From an uncultured Candidatus Saccharibacteria bacterium (GTDB lineage Bacteria; Patescibacteriota; Saccharimonadia; Saccharimonadales; UBA4665): a stretch of 64,000 nucleotides of DNA. Below, one piece after another: positions 1-10,522 of this stretch. The notes beneath the pieces are model-generated. The model was not told where the DNA came from. It was given only the letters and a program-made list of their open reading frames with translations, and did no database searches. The DNA lies in the NCBI GenBank assembly GCA_963807025.1, contig CAWDZT010000010.1:25301-89300 (forward strand). The letters run 5' to 3'. The translations under genes and the position numbers were made by a program. Position 1 is the first letter of the stretch. The number at the start of each line of letters is the position of its first letter.

Positions 1-451
1 ACTAGCCTGGGCGACATATTCGTCAAGAGCGCGCCGTCCCTGCCAGCCAACGCCAAGAAGATAATCGTCGAGTATCTGCCATACATCAACCTTGTGCTCG
101 GAGTGCTTACCTTGCTGACAGCCTGGGGACTTATACGATGCCGCGCGCACCGTCAATTTCCTTGTCGCCGGCTACGGTGTAGCCGTGAATCACCTTACTT
201 TCGTGATCTGGCTGTCCATAGCCGTACTGGTCGTGGAAGCCCTGCTATACATAGCGGCTTTCAACCCCACCAAAGCCCGCAAAAAGTCCGGCTGGGATCT
301 GCTGTTCTACGCCCTGCTGGTCAACGTGGCCTACGGCATAGTCGTTGCGTTCACCTATTACGGCGGTATAGGCCGTCTGCTAGGTTCACTTATAGGCTCA
401 GCCATCGGCTTTTATTTCCTGTTCCAGATCCGCGCCAGTTACAAAAAATAA
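1..451 (+). CDS. multi-pass membrane protein, 5'-truncated by the window edge; frame switches near nt 118-135
   Basis: Frame 1 (nt 1 to ~130) and ORF 185..451 both give TM-like sequence (LVLGVLTLLTAWGL; LTFVIWLSIAVLVVEALLYIAAF). They join only with a 1-nt shift. Confidence 0.35.
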
Positions 452-452
452 C

Positions 453-822
453 TTATTCCAGCTCGCGGATGCGTCCGTGGTCCAGACCGTAGTAATGGGC
501 GATCTCGTGCCAGAGCGTGTGCTTGATTTCTTCTTTCAGCCCTGCCTCGGTATCAGCCTGGCTGGATAGCGGCAGTTTGAAAAGGGTTATCTTGTCTGGC
601 AGGAGCCGGTCCATTCCCTGGCGCTTGCTCAGCGGCGTGCCTTCATACAGCCCCAGCAAGGTCTGGTTGCCCCGGAGTTTCAGTTTCTGGCGCTGTTCGG
701 GCGTAGGCTCATCTTCATACAGAATCGCGACATTCTTAATATTTTTGACATGCTCGCCGGGCAACTCGCTCCAGAGCCTGGTCGATCAGCCGCTGGAACC
801 CATCGTCGCTGACCTGGATCAT
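453..822 (-). CDS. small zincin-like metallopeptidase family protein (DUF1025-like), frameshifted near 765
   Basis: ORF 453..764 has an HExxH motif (WHEIAHYYGLDH). The N-terminus MIQVSDDGFQRLIDQALE is encoded at 767-822 in another frame. Confidence 0.55.
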
Positions 823-824
823 GG

Positions 825-2356
825 CTAGGCCTCTAGCTGCAGGCGTTTGACGAGCCAGTCGCGCGGCAGGATGCTCAGGAACCAGCCGGCGCGCGGGCCG
901 GATTCCTTGCCTATGAGCGCCTGGTAGAGCGTCGTGAATAATTCCTTGGGCGGCAGGCCGGAACTGTCTTTGAACTCGTAGATCGCTTTGTGGAACCAGT
1001 CGCCGCCAGCGTCCTTGGGAGCCTTTTCGACCTTGGCGGCCAAACCGGCTAGGAACTTCTTCTGAGTTTCGCTGAAACTACCCCGATCGACCTTATCCGC
1101 CAGTGAGAACTTGACATCTTCCGGAGCCTGCTTTTCCAGCCAGGCGTCTATGAATTTCAGCTCGGCCCTGATGGTGTCGGCGTCTTCGTCTACCGTCTTG
1201 GCGTGCTCTGTGCGGCGTATGATGTCGAGTGTCTTATCGACGTCCTTCAGTGCGGCCTGATAGCTGGCCACCAGGTGCGAGAACGGCACGCGGCTGACGG
1301 TCGGCTTCTCTATGCCGTGCAGGCATAGACCTATGAGCCGTTCGTCGGCATCTGTCTTGCCCGGCTTATCTAGCAATTCGCTGAATTCATCGACCAGCCT
1401 CATGAGCGTAGGGCCTTCATCAAAGAACAGCTGTTTGTCCGGCGGATAACGCAGTACGAAGAACCATACGACCTCTGCCGGCAGCATTTCCAGCAGGTCT
1501 GACGCAGTAATGGTATCGCCTGCGCTCTTGCTCATCTTCTTGGTATCGCCGGTGCGGTTAATGAAGTTATACGGCAGAGGTATAGGCGGTTCGGCGCCAT
1601 AGACTTCCTTTATAAGGACCGCGCCCGTATCGTAGGAGCCGCCTTTGGTGGCATGGTCGCGTCCGAACGGTTCGGCGTCCACGCCGAGCAGCCACCAGCG
1701 CGCCGGCCAGTCTATGCGCCAATTAAGCTTAACTTCGCCGCTGGCATAGCCGGTGCTGCGCTCATCGCCATGCTTGTCTTTGAATACCAGCATCTTGTCG
1801 CCGGTATCGATGCTGACGAACGGCCGGTTCTTAAGATACCCGTCCTCTACCACCTGGATGGGCGACCAATGATCATCCACCTTATGTCCGGATATGTTTT
1901 CAAGGATTTCTTTGATTTTTCCCTTGTTATCCAGCGCCTTTTCTATAGCTTCGGTGAAGAAGCCTTCGCGGTACTTCCCATGGGCGCGAAGGATATCCAG
2001 CTCCATGTGCATCTTTTTGGCGGCCACGAACAGGTCCTTTACGTAATAATCGGCGTACGAGCCCTCGGAACCGTCGGGCGCCGGCACGTCGCATAGCGGC
2101 CGGCCCAGATATTGCTTGAAGTCATCCGGAATGCCGGCAGGTACCTTGCGGAACACGTCCAGGTCGTCCACCACGTGCACATGCCTGGCCTTGCGCCCGC
2201 GCCGGCGCGCTTCGTAAGCTATGGCCTCCGCGGTCAGTATCTCGCGGAGCGTGCCCAAGTGATACGTGCCGGACGGCGACACGCCGGACGAAACCGTGAT
2301 CCCGCCCTCGGGCTGTCTTCTTCAAGTTCATCAACTACTTTGTTCAACCATTGCAT
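825..2356 (-). CDS. lysK: lysyl-tRNA synthetase, class I (frameshift near 2300)
   Basis: 485-aa ORF with SPSGTYHLGTLREI (class I HIGH-region equivalent) and an exact KMSKS (TKKMSKSAG). The first ~25 aa (MQWLNKVVDELEEDS...) lie in another frame at 2283-2356. Confidence 0.85.
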
Positions 2357-2379
2357 GACTCCCCAAGTATAACCCAGGC

Positions 2380-2613
2380 CTACTCATCCATACCAAAGAC
2401 TTCCAACCAGGCGTCTTTCAGCGCCTCATCCCAGACCATCTTCACATCATTATAAGATTGTTTGACAGTGTCGTCGTGTATGGCCTGTCCGGGCCGGCGA
2501 AGAACCAGCCGGCCGCGCCTGACCTCCAAGTCCAGCTTGTCGCCCGGTTTGATGCCGCTTAGCTCCAAGGCTGACTTGGGTAAACGGACGCCACTATTAC
2601 CTATCTGAACCAC
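2380..2613 (-). CDS. AbrB/MazE/SpoVT-type DNA-binding protein (antitoxin-like), no partner toxin seen
   Basis: 77-aa ORF. VQIGNSGVRLPKSALELSGIKPGDKLDLEV resembles a looped-hinge-helix AbrB domain. Confidence 0.45.
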   Translation of the reverse strand: MVQIGNSGVRLPKSALELSGIKPGDKLDLEVRRGRLVLRRPGQAIHDDTVKQSYNDVKMVWDEALKDAWLEVFGMDE

Positions 2614-2647
2614 CTTTATGTTAGGCGCATATGTAATTACATTGTAA

Positions 2648-3175
2648 TTACAAAATTAGGTTCATGCAAGCGACCTCCAGCATGCATAGCCTAAGACAAG
2701 CATGTTGCGAATCGTTAGCTATGCTGGCGATCTTGTAGGCGTGGGTTTCGGTGGGGGTGTTGATTTCTACGGTTTCGCCGACCTTTTTGCCCAGCATCGC
2801 CTGCCCTATGGGTGATTCATCGGAAATCTTGCCGCTAAGAGGATCGGCCTCTACGGTGCCGACGACCTGGAATTCCTTGGCCTTGCCGCCGCCGCCCTTC
2901 AGTTTGACGGTGGAACCTATCTGAACCTTGCTGTCGCCGCGCGGCTTGCGGATAATCTCGGCGTTCTGGATGATGTTCTCGAGCTCGGAGATGCGGGCCT
3001 CGTTGCGCTCCTGGTCGGCGCGGGCGGACTGGTATTCGGCGTTCTCGGTAAGGTCGCCCTGTTCGCGGGCGCTTTTAATAGCGTCGGCAATACCGGCGCG
3101 CTTGGCCACCAGCGCGTCGAGTTCGGTCTGCAGTTCATCGACACCTGCGCGGGTCAATCGAAATAACTTCTTCAT
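2648..3175 (-). CDS. greA: transcription elongation factor GreA
   Basis: N-terminal coiled coil (GDLTENAEYQSARADQ) and C-terminal FKBP-like domain (ISDESPIGQAMLGKKVGE), as in GreA. Confidence 0.85.
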   Translation of the reverse strand: MKKLFRLTRAGVDELQTELDALVAKRAGIADAIKSAREQGDLTENAEYQSARADQERNEARISELENIIQNAEIIRKPRGDSKVQIGSTVKLKGGGGKAKEFQVVGTVEADPLSGKISDESPIGQAMLGKKVGETVEINTPTETHAYKIASIANDSQHACLRLCMLEVACMNLIL

Positions 3176-3220
3176 CGGTCTTCCCTCCTTCTTAGCGTCG
3201 CCCCTATTATAGCAAACGCT

Positions 3221-4477
3221 TTAGTCGCTAATACCTAGTGTTTTATTCAGTTTTTCTCTGGAAACCTGCTCGGCGTGTTCACCGGAACGGGGCTTAAGTT
3301 CAAACGTACCGGCGGCCTGCGTCTTTGTGCTGACGACCACGCGGTACGGTATGCCCAGAAGGTCGGCGTCGGCGAACTTCTCGCCGGGCCGGGCGTCCCG
3401 GTCATCATATAGTACCTGAACGCCTTTGGCTGTCAAGGATTCATACAGCTCGTCGGCCTCTTTCACGACTTTTGGGTCGTCGCCCAGCCGCGCCAGATAC
3501 ACCTTGAACGGCGCCACCGCTTCCGGCCAGACCAGTCCCTTATCGTCGGCGAACTTCTCGGCTATGACACCCATCAATCTGGATATGCCGATGCCGTATG
3601 AGCCCAGATGGACGTATTGACGCTCGCCGGATTCATCCGTGAACGCCAGCCCCAGCTTCTCGCTCTTATCGGTCCCGAAGTTGAATATGTTGCCGACTTC
3701 GCTGCTCTTAACTTCTTCTAGTTCGTCGCGCTTGACGCCCAGCTTCTTCAGGCTTTCTTCGTCCAGCACCTCTTCGTTGATAGCGATGTCCTTGCCCTTA
3801 TGCAGATAGATGACGTCCTCACCAACGTCGCATAGCGTCTGGAATTCGTGGCTGAACTTTGTGAACGCTCCCCCGCTCGCGAATGTCACGTAGGTATCCT
3901 TGCCGATGCCAAGCCGGTCGTAGACCTTCTTATAGGCCTCGATGACCGAGTCATAGTATTTGTCGTGCTGTTTGGCGTCGGCACTCAGCGAGTACATATC
4001 CTTCATCAGGAATTCGCGGCCGCGCATGATGCCGCTCTTGGCCCTCAGCTCGTTGCGAAGCTTGTTCTGGAACTGATATACGCTTACGGGCAAATCTTTA
4101 TAGCTGCTGATCTGCTGGCGCATCATCTGGACGATCGGTTCCTCGTGCGACCACGCCAAGCCAAGATCCTGGCCGTCCTTGAGCTTGGTCTTGAACCAGA
4201 TATCGACGGTTTTGTCGTCCCAACGGCCGGTCTTTTCCCATAGCTCCTTGGACTGCAATGTAGTCATGGAAAGCTCCTGGCTGCCGACGGCATCCATCTC
4301 TTCGCGCACGACCCGCTTGATGTTCTCCAGAACACGCAGGCCCAGCGGCAGGTAGGCATATACGCCGGCCATTTCTTTGTGGATGTAGCCAGCCCGTATC
4401 AACAGCTGTGCGTTGCGCGCCGTCTCGTCGGCAGGCACGTTCTTACTGGTCTTGGTGAATAACTGGGATAGCCTCAT
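3221..4477 (-). CDS. proS: prolyl-tRNA synthetase, short form without INS editing domain
   Basis: Intact 418-aa ORF with class II motifs (RNELRAKSGIMRGREFLMKD; GSYGIGISRLMGVIAE) and a C-terminal anticodon-binding domain. Confidence 0.85.
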   Translation of the reverse strand: MRLSQLFTKTSKNVPADETARNAQLLIRAGYIHKEMAGVYAYLPLGLRVLENIKRVVREEMDAVGSQELSMTTLQSKELWEKTGRWDDKTVDIWFKTKLKDGQDLGLAWSHEEPIVQMMRQQISSYKDLPVSVYQFQNKLRNELRAKSGIMRGREFLMKDMYSLSADAKQHDKYYDSVIEAYKKVYDRLGIGKDTYVTFASGGAFTKFSHEFQTLCDVGEDVIYLHKGKDIAINEEVLDEESLKKLGVKRDELEEVKSSEVGNIFNFGTDKSEKLGLAFTDESGERQYVHLGSYGIGISRLMGVIAEKFADDKGLVWPEAVAPFKVYLARLGDDPKVVKEADELYESLTAKGVQVLYDDRDARPGEKFADADLLGIPYRVVVSTKTQAAGTFELKPRSGEHAEQVSREKLNKTLGISD

Positions 4478-4501
4478 AGACTACCCTATTCTACTATGTA
4501 A

Positions 4502-5270
4502 TCAGCGAGGTACGAAAAGCGTGCCGGTATCGCCCGCGCGTATGGGTTCGAAATCATGTCCGGCATAGGCTATATGGGCTGTGCGACCCTTGCCGGCCGC
4601 TTCCCACGCGGCGTCCACTTTGGTACGCATACCGGCCCCGGGACCGGGCACGCCGGCTTCTCCCACCACATCAAGCACTTCTTCGATATTGTTCTCATCG
4701 ACTACTTCTATGACGTTGCCGTCCCGCCCTATCACTCCCTCCCTTTCGGTCAGGAAATATATCCTATCGGCGCCTATCCGGTCCGCCACGTCTTCGGCCA
4801 GGCCATCGTTGTCGCCGCCATAGACCAGCTTCTTGGTTTCCTTATCGTCCGTACTGCCGTTCTCATTTATGAGAGGCACCCATCTCATGTCCATATAACC
4901 TTTGACCGTCTCATCGAACGATTCCAGCTCCGGCTTGTAACCGAGCTCATGGTGGGTGACCAGGAACCCGCCGGACCTTATGCCCGCCCTGTCGAACGCC
5001 GCTATCCAGGAGCCGAAGAATGCGTCACTACCACGCGTGGCCCGCATCTGCGGCGTGATACGTTCGTCGTCTCTCTCTTCCTCGCTGAGCAGTACGGCAG
5101 TCGCCATAGCTATGGCTCCGGAAAGCACCATGGCGATGCGGTCGCCTCCGCGGCGGCGTTCGAGCCACCTGGCCGACTATATGCCGTTGGCGGTCGGCGC
5201 GGACACCGTCGCCATTCATATTACTCTCAGTGCCCAGCTTGACCACTGACTTCTCTACATTGAAACTCAT
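4502..5270 (-). CDS. amino-acid kinase family protein, glutamate 5-kinase-like (frameshift near 5140)
   Basis: VVKLGTES start in ORF 5028..5270. GGDNDGLAEDVADRIGADRIYFLTEREGV and GMRTKVDAA in ORF 4502..5131 match ProB-type motifs. Confidence 0.5.
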
Positions 5271-5288
5271 TGAGGGGTAACTATACCA

Positions 5289-6109
5289 CTATTTGATGTG
5301 TAATACAAACAATAACAGGAACGCGATGCCGTTCTTGGAAGCATGCAGGGTTATGGAAGCCCACAGGCCGCCCGTCTTTTCGCGCAGATAGATCAGTACC
5401 AGGCTGAGTATGAAGGTATCGAGCGCGGCGATGTACAACGGGCCGGCCGCCCCGCCCTCCGGCAGGTGCGCCGCCGCGAACAGCGCGCTAGTAAGAATGA
5501 CGGCGCCTATGGGACGCATGGCCTTCTTGAGCGTGCTGTAAAGGAAGCCGCGGACCATTATCTCTTCCGCCAGCGGCGGCAGAATCACCAGGCTGATGAA
5601 GGTCAGCGCCAGAGCCGCCTGGCCGTGCACGTCGTTGAACCCTATCTGCTGTTGTCTGGTCCACGTTCAGACCAGGCACGAAGTGGCTGACCACGCCGAC
5701 CGTCAGCGCGTACAGCAGGAAATAAGCCGGTACGGCCAGAACGCCATAAGCCACGTCGCTCCAGCGCGGCCGCCTCAGGCCTATCAGCGAAAATCCGGCT
5801 CTTGTAGCGCTTAAGGAACAGGTAGATGGCGCCGATGACGAAAGTTTCGGCCAGCAGGACAAAGACGAACTGGGCCCAGACCGAGCTCGGAAACCCAGTT
5901 CTGAATCCGTAGAATGCGGCCAGTGCCTGACGGCCGGATAGATCGATACCAGCAACCCGGCCGCTAACTGGGAAGCATAGTAGACGACGCACGGTGAACA
6001 GGACGCCCAGCCACGGGTTCCAGGGCACGGGCGGCACTGCCGGCTGCCCGCGCCCGTTGCCGGCCGCTGCCGCGGCGGCCGCCGGAGCGTTAAAAGAATC
6101 GCTTAACAT
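5289..6109 (-). CDS. CPBP family intramembrane glutamic endopeptidase (several frameshifts in the N-terminal half)
   Basis: ORF 5289..5630 has EEIMVRGF (EExxxR) and FAAAH motifs. Upstream hydrophobic pieces are spread over two other frames. Confidence 0.6.
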
Positions 6110-7233
6110 CCACCGATGGTGATGAGGATTATCAGCCCCAGCAGCAATGCGAAACCGGTGGCATTGATAGCTTCTTCGCGCCTGGCCGAGAGCGGCCTTT
6201 TAAGGCCGCGGAATATAAGCGTGAGCCACAGCCGGCCGCCGTCCAGCGCCGGTATCGGCAGGATGTTCATGATCGCCAGCATCAGCGATATGTAGGCGAC
6301 GATGAACAGCATGAACTGGTAGCCTATAAGACTGCCGTTCTTAAGTATGACGATGATGCCCACCGGCCCCGCCACCTGGTCGCTGGCGGCGGTCTGCCCG
6401 TGCTCGCGGGCCGTATGGTTGCCGGTGACGGCACCGGCTATCAGACTGCCCAGGCCGCCCAGGGCATGACCCAGGCCCTGGAAGGTCAGGCCCGTCAGCT
6501 GGGCGCTAAGCCCCACCGCCACCACGGGCGCCGACCAGGTGGAGCGCTGAAAGCTGAAATCGGTCGGTATAACGCCCAGGTAACCGTTCGAGCCGGATGA
6601 CCTTAAGGTGATGTGCGCCTCGTGGTTGTGCCCCGCCCTGGTGTAGTAGACGGTTACCGGCTTGCCGGCGAAATTCTTGGTAATCTTAGGCAGGTTCTTG
6701 GCACTGTCTATGCTGACGGGGCTGTGGCCGGCGATCGCTATGTCGTTTATCTCGTCCTGGGTCCGTAATCCGGCCTTATCCGCCGGCGAACCCGGCTCCA
6801 CGTAGCTTATGAGCGTTTCGCGGGCCGCCAGCTCTGGTGTCCGATTTGACTGTGAACTGGTTATCAATCAGCTTGGGCATGCCTACCAGCGCGATTATAG
6901 TGAACAGTACCAGCGCCGCTATCAGGTTCATGGCCACGCCGGCCGCCATTATCTTGCTTTTGGCCCACAAGCCTGGCGGCGCCGAACGTACCGCGGCCGG
7001 TATCGCTGTCGTGCTCGCCCCTTAAGCCTGACGAAGCCGCCCAGCGGTATGGCGTTCACGGTGAATAACCAGCCGTCCTTCATCTTGCGCTTATACAGTC
7101 TGGGCGGAAAAAATATGCCGAATTCCTCTACCTCTACCCCATTACGCCTGGCCATGACAAAGTGGCCGAACTCATGGATGACCACCAGCCCTATAATCAG
7201 CAGAATCCCCGTTACGAATAAGATGACAGACAT
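6103..7233 (-). CDS. rseP: RIP metalloprotease RseP / M50 site-2 protease (in three frame pieces)
   Basis: HEFGHFVMAR (HExxH) in ORF 6949..7233. PDZ-like middle section and LPIPALDGG motif in ORF 6103..6867. Confidence 0.75.
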
Positions 7234-7340
7234 CTAATCATTGTAGCAAAGCTTTACACCAGCGGAATGTCGCATATAATAAAAACTGTTGCTGCTTAAG
7301 CAAAAAAGACAAAGAGACTTGAGGGATAGAGGGTATTAAG

Positions 7341-8394
7341 GTGAGCCGGACATTTCCTAACATATTGGCGAAGACCGCCGTACTTAAATCGGTAGATGAG
7401 CGCAAAGATAAGACGCCTCACGGGCTGTCTAAGTTCATAAGGCGCCACTCAGTCATAGTGGCCGCGCTGGTATTATTGTTGGTGGGCGCAGCCGCCATTC
7501 AGCTGGGCGGCGCTTACTGGCTCTCCAAGCATACGGTAGCGGCCAAGCCCGCCGCCGTAGCCAAACTGCCCGCCAGATCCATAGCCGGATTCAATACCAC
7601 AGTCCCGGCGGATAAACTCCAGAGCAAACTCCAGGCCCTTACGCCACCAGCCTATGACACTTACGGTCGGCACCCTGCCGACGCAGGTCGACAGCGGCAC
7701 CATCAAAAGCTGGCTGCAGATTACGGCCAACAAGCAGAAGACCGAATATTATATACATGTGAACGAAGCCGCCATGAGCAATTCGCTGGTCAAGCTGGCC
7801 GGGCAGTACGCCCAGGACCCGGTAAACCAGGTAACTGTCGACGAGGACGGCGCCAAGCGAGTGGTAGTGAACGGCCAGGACGGCATATACCTGAGCGATC
7901 CCGACACTCTCAAGACCCAGGCCAAGGAATCGGCCAAGAACGTCCTATCCGGCAAAGGTCTTAAGTTCACTACTCCGCTAGGCACTAAGAAATTCGAAGC
8001 CGTCACCCCGGCCGCCTTCGACAAAGTGATAGTGGTCAACCTTACCACCAAAAAGATGTGGCTGTTCCAGAACGGCAAGCAGGTCAAAAGCTATCTGGTC
8101 AGCGCTGGCGCACCCGCCACACCGACACCCCAGGGCCTGTTCCACGTTTACGCCAAATTCGCCTCCCAAGACATGCGCGGCCTGAATACCGACGGCTCAC
8201 GCTACTTCCAGCCGCACGTCTATTGGGTGAATTACTTTACCGCCGGCAACGCCATCCACGGAGTATATTGGCATCCTTTGAGCTGGTTCGGCGCCATCAA
8301 CAGTTCTCACGGCTGTGTCGGCATACCCGACGATGAGGCCGAGTGGGTCTACAACTGGACGCCCATCGGCACCACGGTCATCACCCACGCCTGA
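7341..8394 (+). CDS. L,D-transpeptidase (YkuD domain) with N-terminal membrane anchor; frameshift near 7650
   Basis: TM segment VIVAALVLLLVGAAAIQL in ORF 7341... Catalytic HG...SHGCVG in ORF 7654..8394. Confidence 0.75.
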
Positions 8395-8426
8395 CCAGCA
8401 CCTTTATCAACGGATTTTACAACGTT
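8395..8426. repeat. solo end of the CCAGCACCTT palindromic element family
   Basis: ccagcacctttatcaacggattttacaacgtt starts directly after the ldt stop codon and overlaps the last codons of frr. It shares CCAGCACCTTT...ACAACGT with the other copies. Confidence 0.5.
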
Positions 8427-8982
8427 AGGATATCGGCTTCTTTGGCCTTGGCGGCGGCTTCGGCGTCGCGCGCGGGCCTTGAACCCATGGCGTCTTCCAC
8501 CTGCCCGACAGCCGTTTGGCGTCGTCCTCGCCTATATCTTTGTCTTTCTTGAGCTTGTTGATGGCGTCCATGGCTTCATGCCGGACGGCCCTTAGCTTAA
8601 TCATGCATTCTTCCTGCTTGCCGCTGATATTCTTGGCCAGCTCGCGGCGGCGTTCTTCCGTCAGGGCCGGAATCTGTACGCGCACCACCTGGCCGTCGTC
8701 ACTGGGGTTCAGACCCAGGCTCTGGTCGTCGCGAATGGCGTTGGATATGGCCTCCAGGTTGTTCGGATCGAAAGGCGTGATCTGGATCAGCTGGGCATCA
8801 GGCGCGGTTATGTTCGCGACCTGCTTGAGCGGCATGGGCGTACCATAAGCCTCGACGGTGACACCGTCGAGCATCCCGGCATTCGCCCTGCCGGTCCTGA
8901 GCGTCTTAAGCCCATCCTTAAAATGCTCAACCGTTTGGTTGAATTTCCCTTCCGCGTCTTTGACTATCTGATTCGGGTCCAT
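8417..8982 (-). CDS. frr: ribosome recycling factor (frameshift near 8500; the ORF track ends at 8425 in the wrong frame)
   Basis: The N-terminal 150 aa are typical RRF. A tail ...AKAKEADILTL* is read after a 1-nt shift. Confidence 0.85.
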
Positions 8983-8996
8983 GGGTCTAGTATAAC

Positions 8997-9593
8997 CTAG
9001 CTTACTTCGCCGAGGGCCATGCGCTCAAAGCGGCGGACGACGACGTTCTCGTTCATGCGGGCGGCGTTCTCTTTGACGTGGTCGGCCACGGTGATGTCGG
9101 GATTCTTTACGAAGGGCTGGTCGAGCAGGCAGCGTTCAGCGAAATGCTTCTTTACCTGCCCTGCCACGATCTTGTCGACCATGTCCGCCGGCTTGCCTTC
9201 GGATTTGGCCTTGTCGGCGAATTCCTTTTCGGCCTTCTTGCGTTCGGCGGCCGGGACGTCATCCACAGAAACATACTGCGGCGCCGAAGCGGCTATATGC
9301 ATGGCCAGATCTTTGACCAGTTCGCCGAAGGTCTCGCCGCGGGCGACAAAGTCGGTCTCGCAGTTGACTTCCACCAGGACGCCGATGCGGCCGTCGTGGT
9401 TATACGACCCTACCAGGCCGGCGCGGGCTTCGCGCTCGCCGCGCTTCTCGGCCTTGGTCAGGCCTTTCTTGCGCATGGCGGCCAGGGCTTTGTCGAAGTC
9501 GCCACCGGCTTCTTCCAGCGCTTTCTTGGCGTCGGTCAGACCGACGCCGGTCAGACTCTTAAGGCGCTTGACCTGTTCGATATCAACTTTCAT
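8997..9593 (-). CDS. tsf: translation elongation factor Ts (short form)
   Basis: MKVDIEQVKRLKSLTGVGLTDAKKALEEAGGDFDKA matches the UBA-like N-terminus of EF-Ts. The ATG at 9593 is preferred over the upstream GTG at 9602. Confidence 0.9.
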   Translation of the reverse strand: MKVDIEQVKRLKSLTGVGLTDAKKALEEAGGDFDKALAAMRKKGLTKAEKRGEREARAGLVGSYNHDGRIGVLVEVNCETDFVARGETFGELVKDLAMHIAASAPQYVSVDDVPAAERKKAEKEFADKAKSEGKPADMVDKIVAGQVKKHFAERCLLDQPFVKNPDITVADHVKENAARMNENVVVRRFERMALGEVS

Positions 9594-9594
9594 C

Positions 9595-9652
9595 CCCAGC
9601 ACCTTTCTTGTCCTTATTCACAACGTTACTCGTACTATTTGAAGGGTGCTGG
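9595..9652. repeat. palindromic element copy (CCCAGCACCTTT ... GAAGGGTGCTGG) in the rpsB-tsf spacer
   Basis: Inverted 12-nt arms with a 34-nt loop. One arm ends 2 nt before the tsf ATG. The first 32 nt are 28/32 identical to the solo copy at 18327-18358. Confidence 0.6.
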
Positions 9653-10397
9653 TCGTCTTTCTTGTCGTCGTCTTGCTTGTCGTCGTTCGGCGGCGCTTGG
9701 TCTTAGCCTTTGCCTTGCCCGTCAGGATGGCGTCCTTCACGTAGCCGACCATGAGTTCGATGGTCTTCACGGCATCATCGTTCGACGGTATGGGGTAAGT
9801 AACCAAGGTGGGATCGGCGTTGGTGTCGACCAAAGCTACGATGGGAACCTTCAGCTTGGCGGCCTCGCGCAGGGCGTTGGCATCGTGGACGACATCCACG
9901 ATAAATACCGCGCCCGGCTTGGCGTTCAGTTCCTTCACGCCGCCGTACATGTAGTTCATGTGGTCGATCTCTTCCTGGAAGCGCTGAACCTCGAGCTTGT
10001 TGTACTTGTTGGCGAGTTCGCCGCCGGCCATGCGGTTTTCCAGATCCTGCAGGTGCTTGACCCGGCCGCCCATGGTGTTCCAGTTGGTGAGCATGCCGCC
10101 CAGCCAGCGCTCGGTCACGTATGGCATGCCGGTTTCCTGAGCCGCCTTTTTAACAATGTCCTGGGCCTGGCGCTTGGTGCCAACCAGCAGGATCTGCTTG
10201 CCGTCTGCGGCCGCTCCCGTAAGGAAGTCCAGGGCCTCGCCCAGCTTCTCGACCGTCTTGGTCAGATCGATTATGTGCGTGCCGCCGCGCTTGCTGTGGA
10301 TGTACGGCGCCATCTTGGGGTGCCAGCGCTCGGTCTTATGTCCGAAGTGCGCTCCGGCCTGCAATAATTCTTTTATATCTACCTGTACGGCAGCCAT
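9618..10397 (-). CDS. rpsB: 30S ribosomal protein S2
   Basis: MAAVQVDIKELLQAGAHFGHKTERWHPKM is a typical S2 start, preceded by GGAAGGAG. The basic C-terminal tail frame is uncertain. Confidence 0.9.
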   Translation of the reverse strand: MAAVQVDIKELLQAGAHFGHKTERWHPKMAPYIHSKRGGTHIIDLTKTVEKLGEALDFLTGAAADGKQILLVGTKRQAQDIVKKAAQETGMPYVTERWLGGMLTNWNTMGGRVKHLQDLENRMAGGELANKYNKLEVQRFQEEIDHMNYMYGGVKELNAKPGAVFIVDVVHDANALREAAKLKVPIVALVDTNADPTLVTYPIPSNDDAVKTIELMVGYVKDAILTGKAKAKTKRRRTTTSKTTTRKTTSTLQIVRVTL

Positions 10398-10522
10398 GTT
10401 TGCTCCTTCCTCTTCAGCCAGGGAGCTCCGTGAAGTCCTGCGCGGATCATTCGCGGAGAGGATCAAACCCCTAGCCTGCTTGATTGATAGTGCGGATAGT
10501 GTAACAGATAAGGCGCACGGGT

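Noticed and set aside
2380-2613. Toxin-antitoxin module around the AbrB/MazE-like gene (also 38259..38459)
   Set aside because: No adjacent small toxin ORF (MazF, PIN, etc.) was found on either side. The neighbours are greA/lysK and ftsA/the surface protein.
9078-10367. 429-aa ORF on the plus strand
   Set aside because: It is antisense to tsf and rpsB, which have clear ribosomal and EF-Ts signatures. Its sequence is low-complexity (G/A/L/V-rich), as is typical of antisense frames in GC-rich DNA. The same applies to many other listed antisense ORFs, such as 13477..14304, 32042..33626, 35553..36326, 45447..46628 and 53933..54919.
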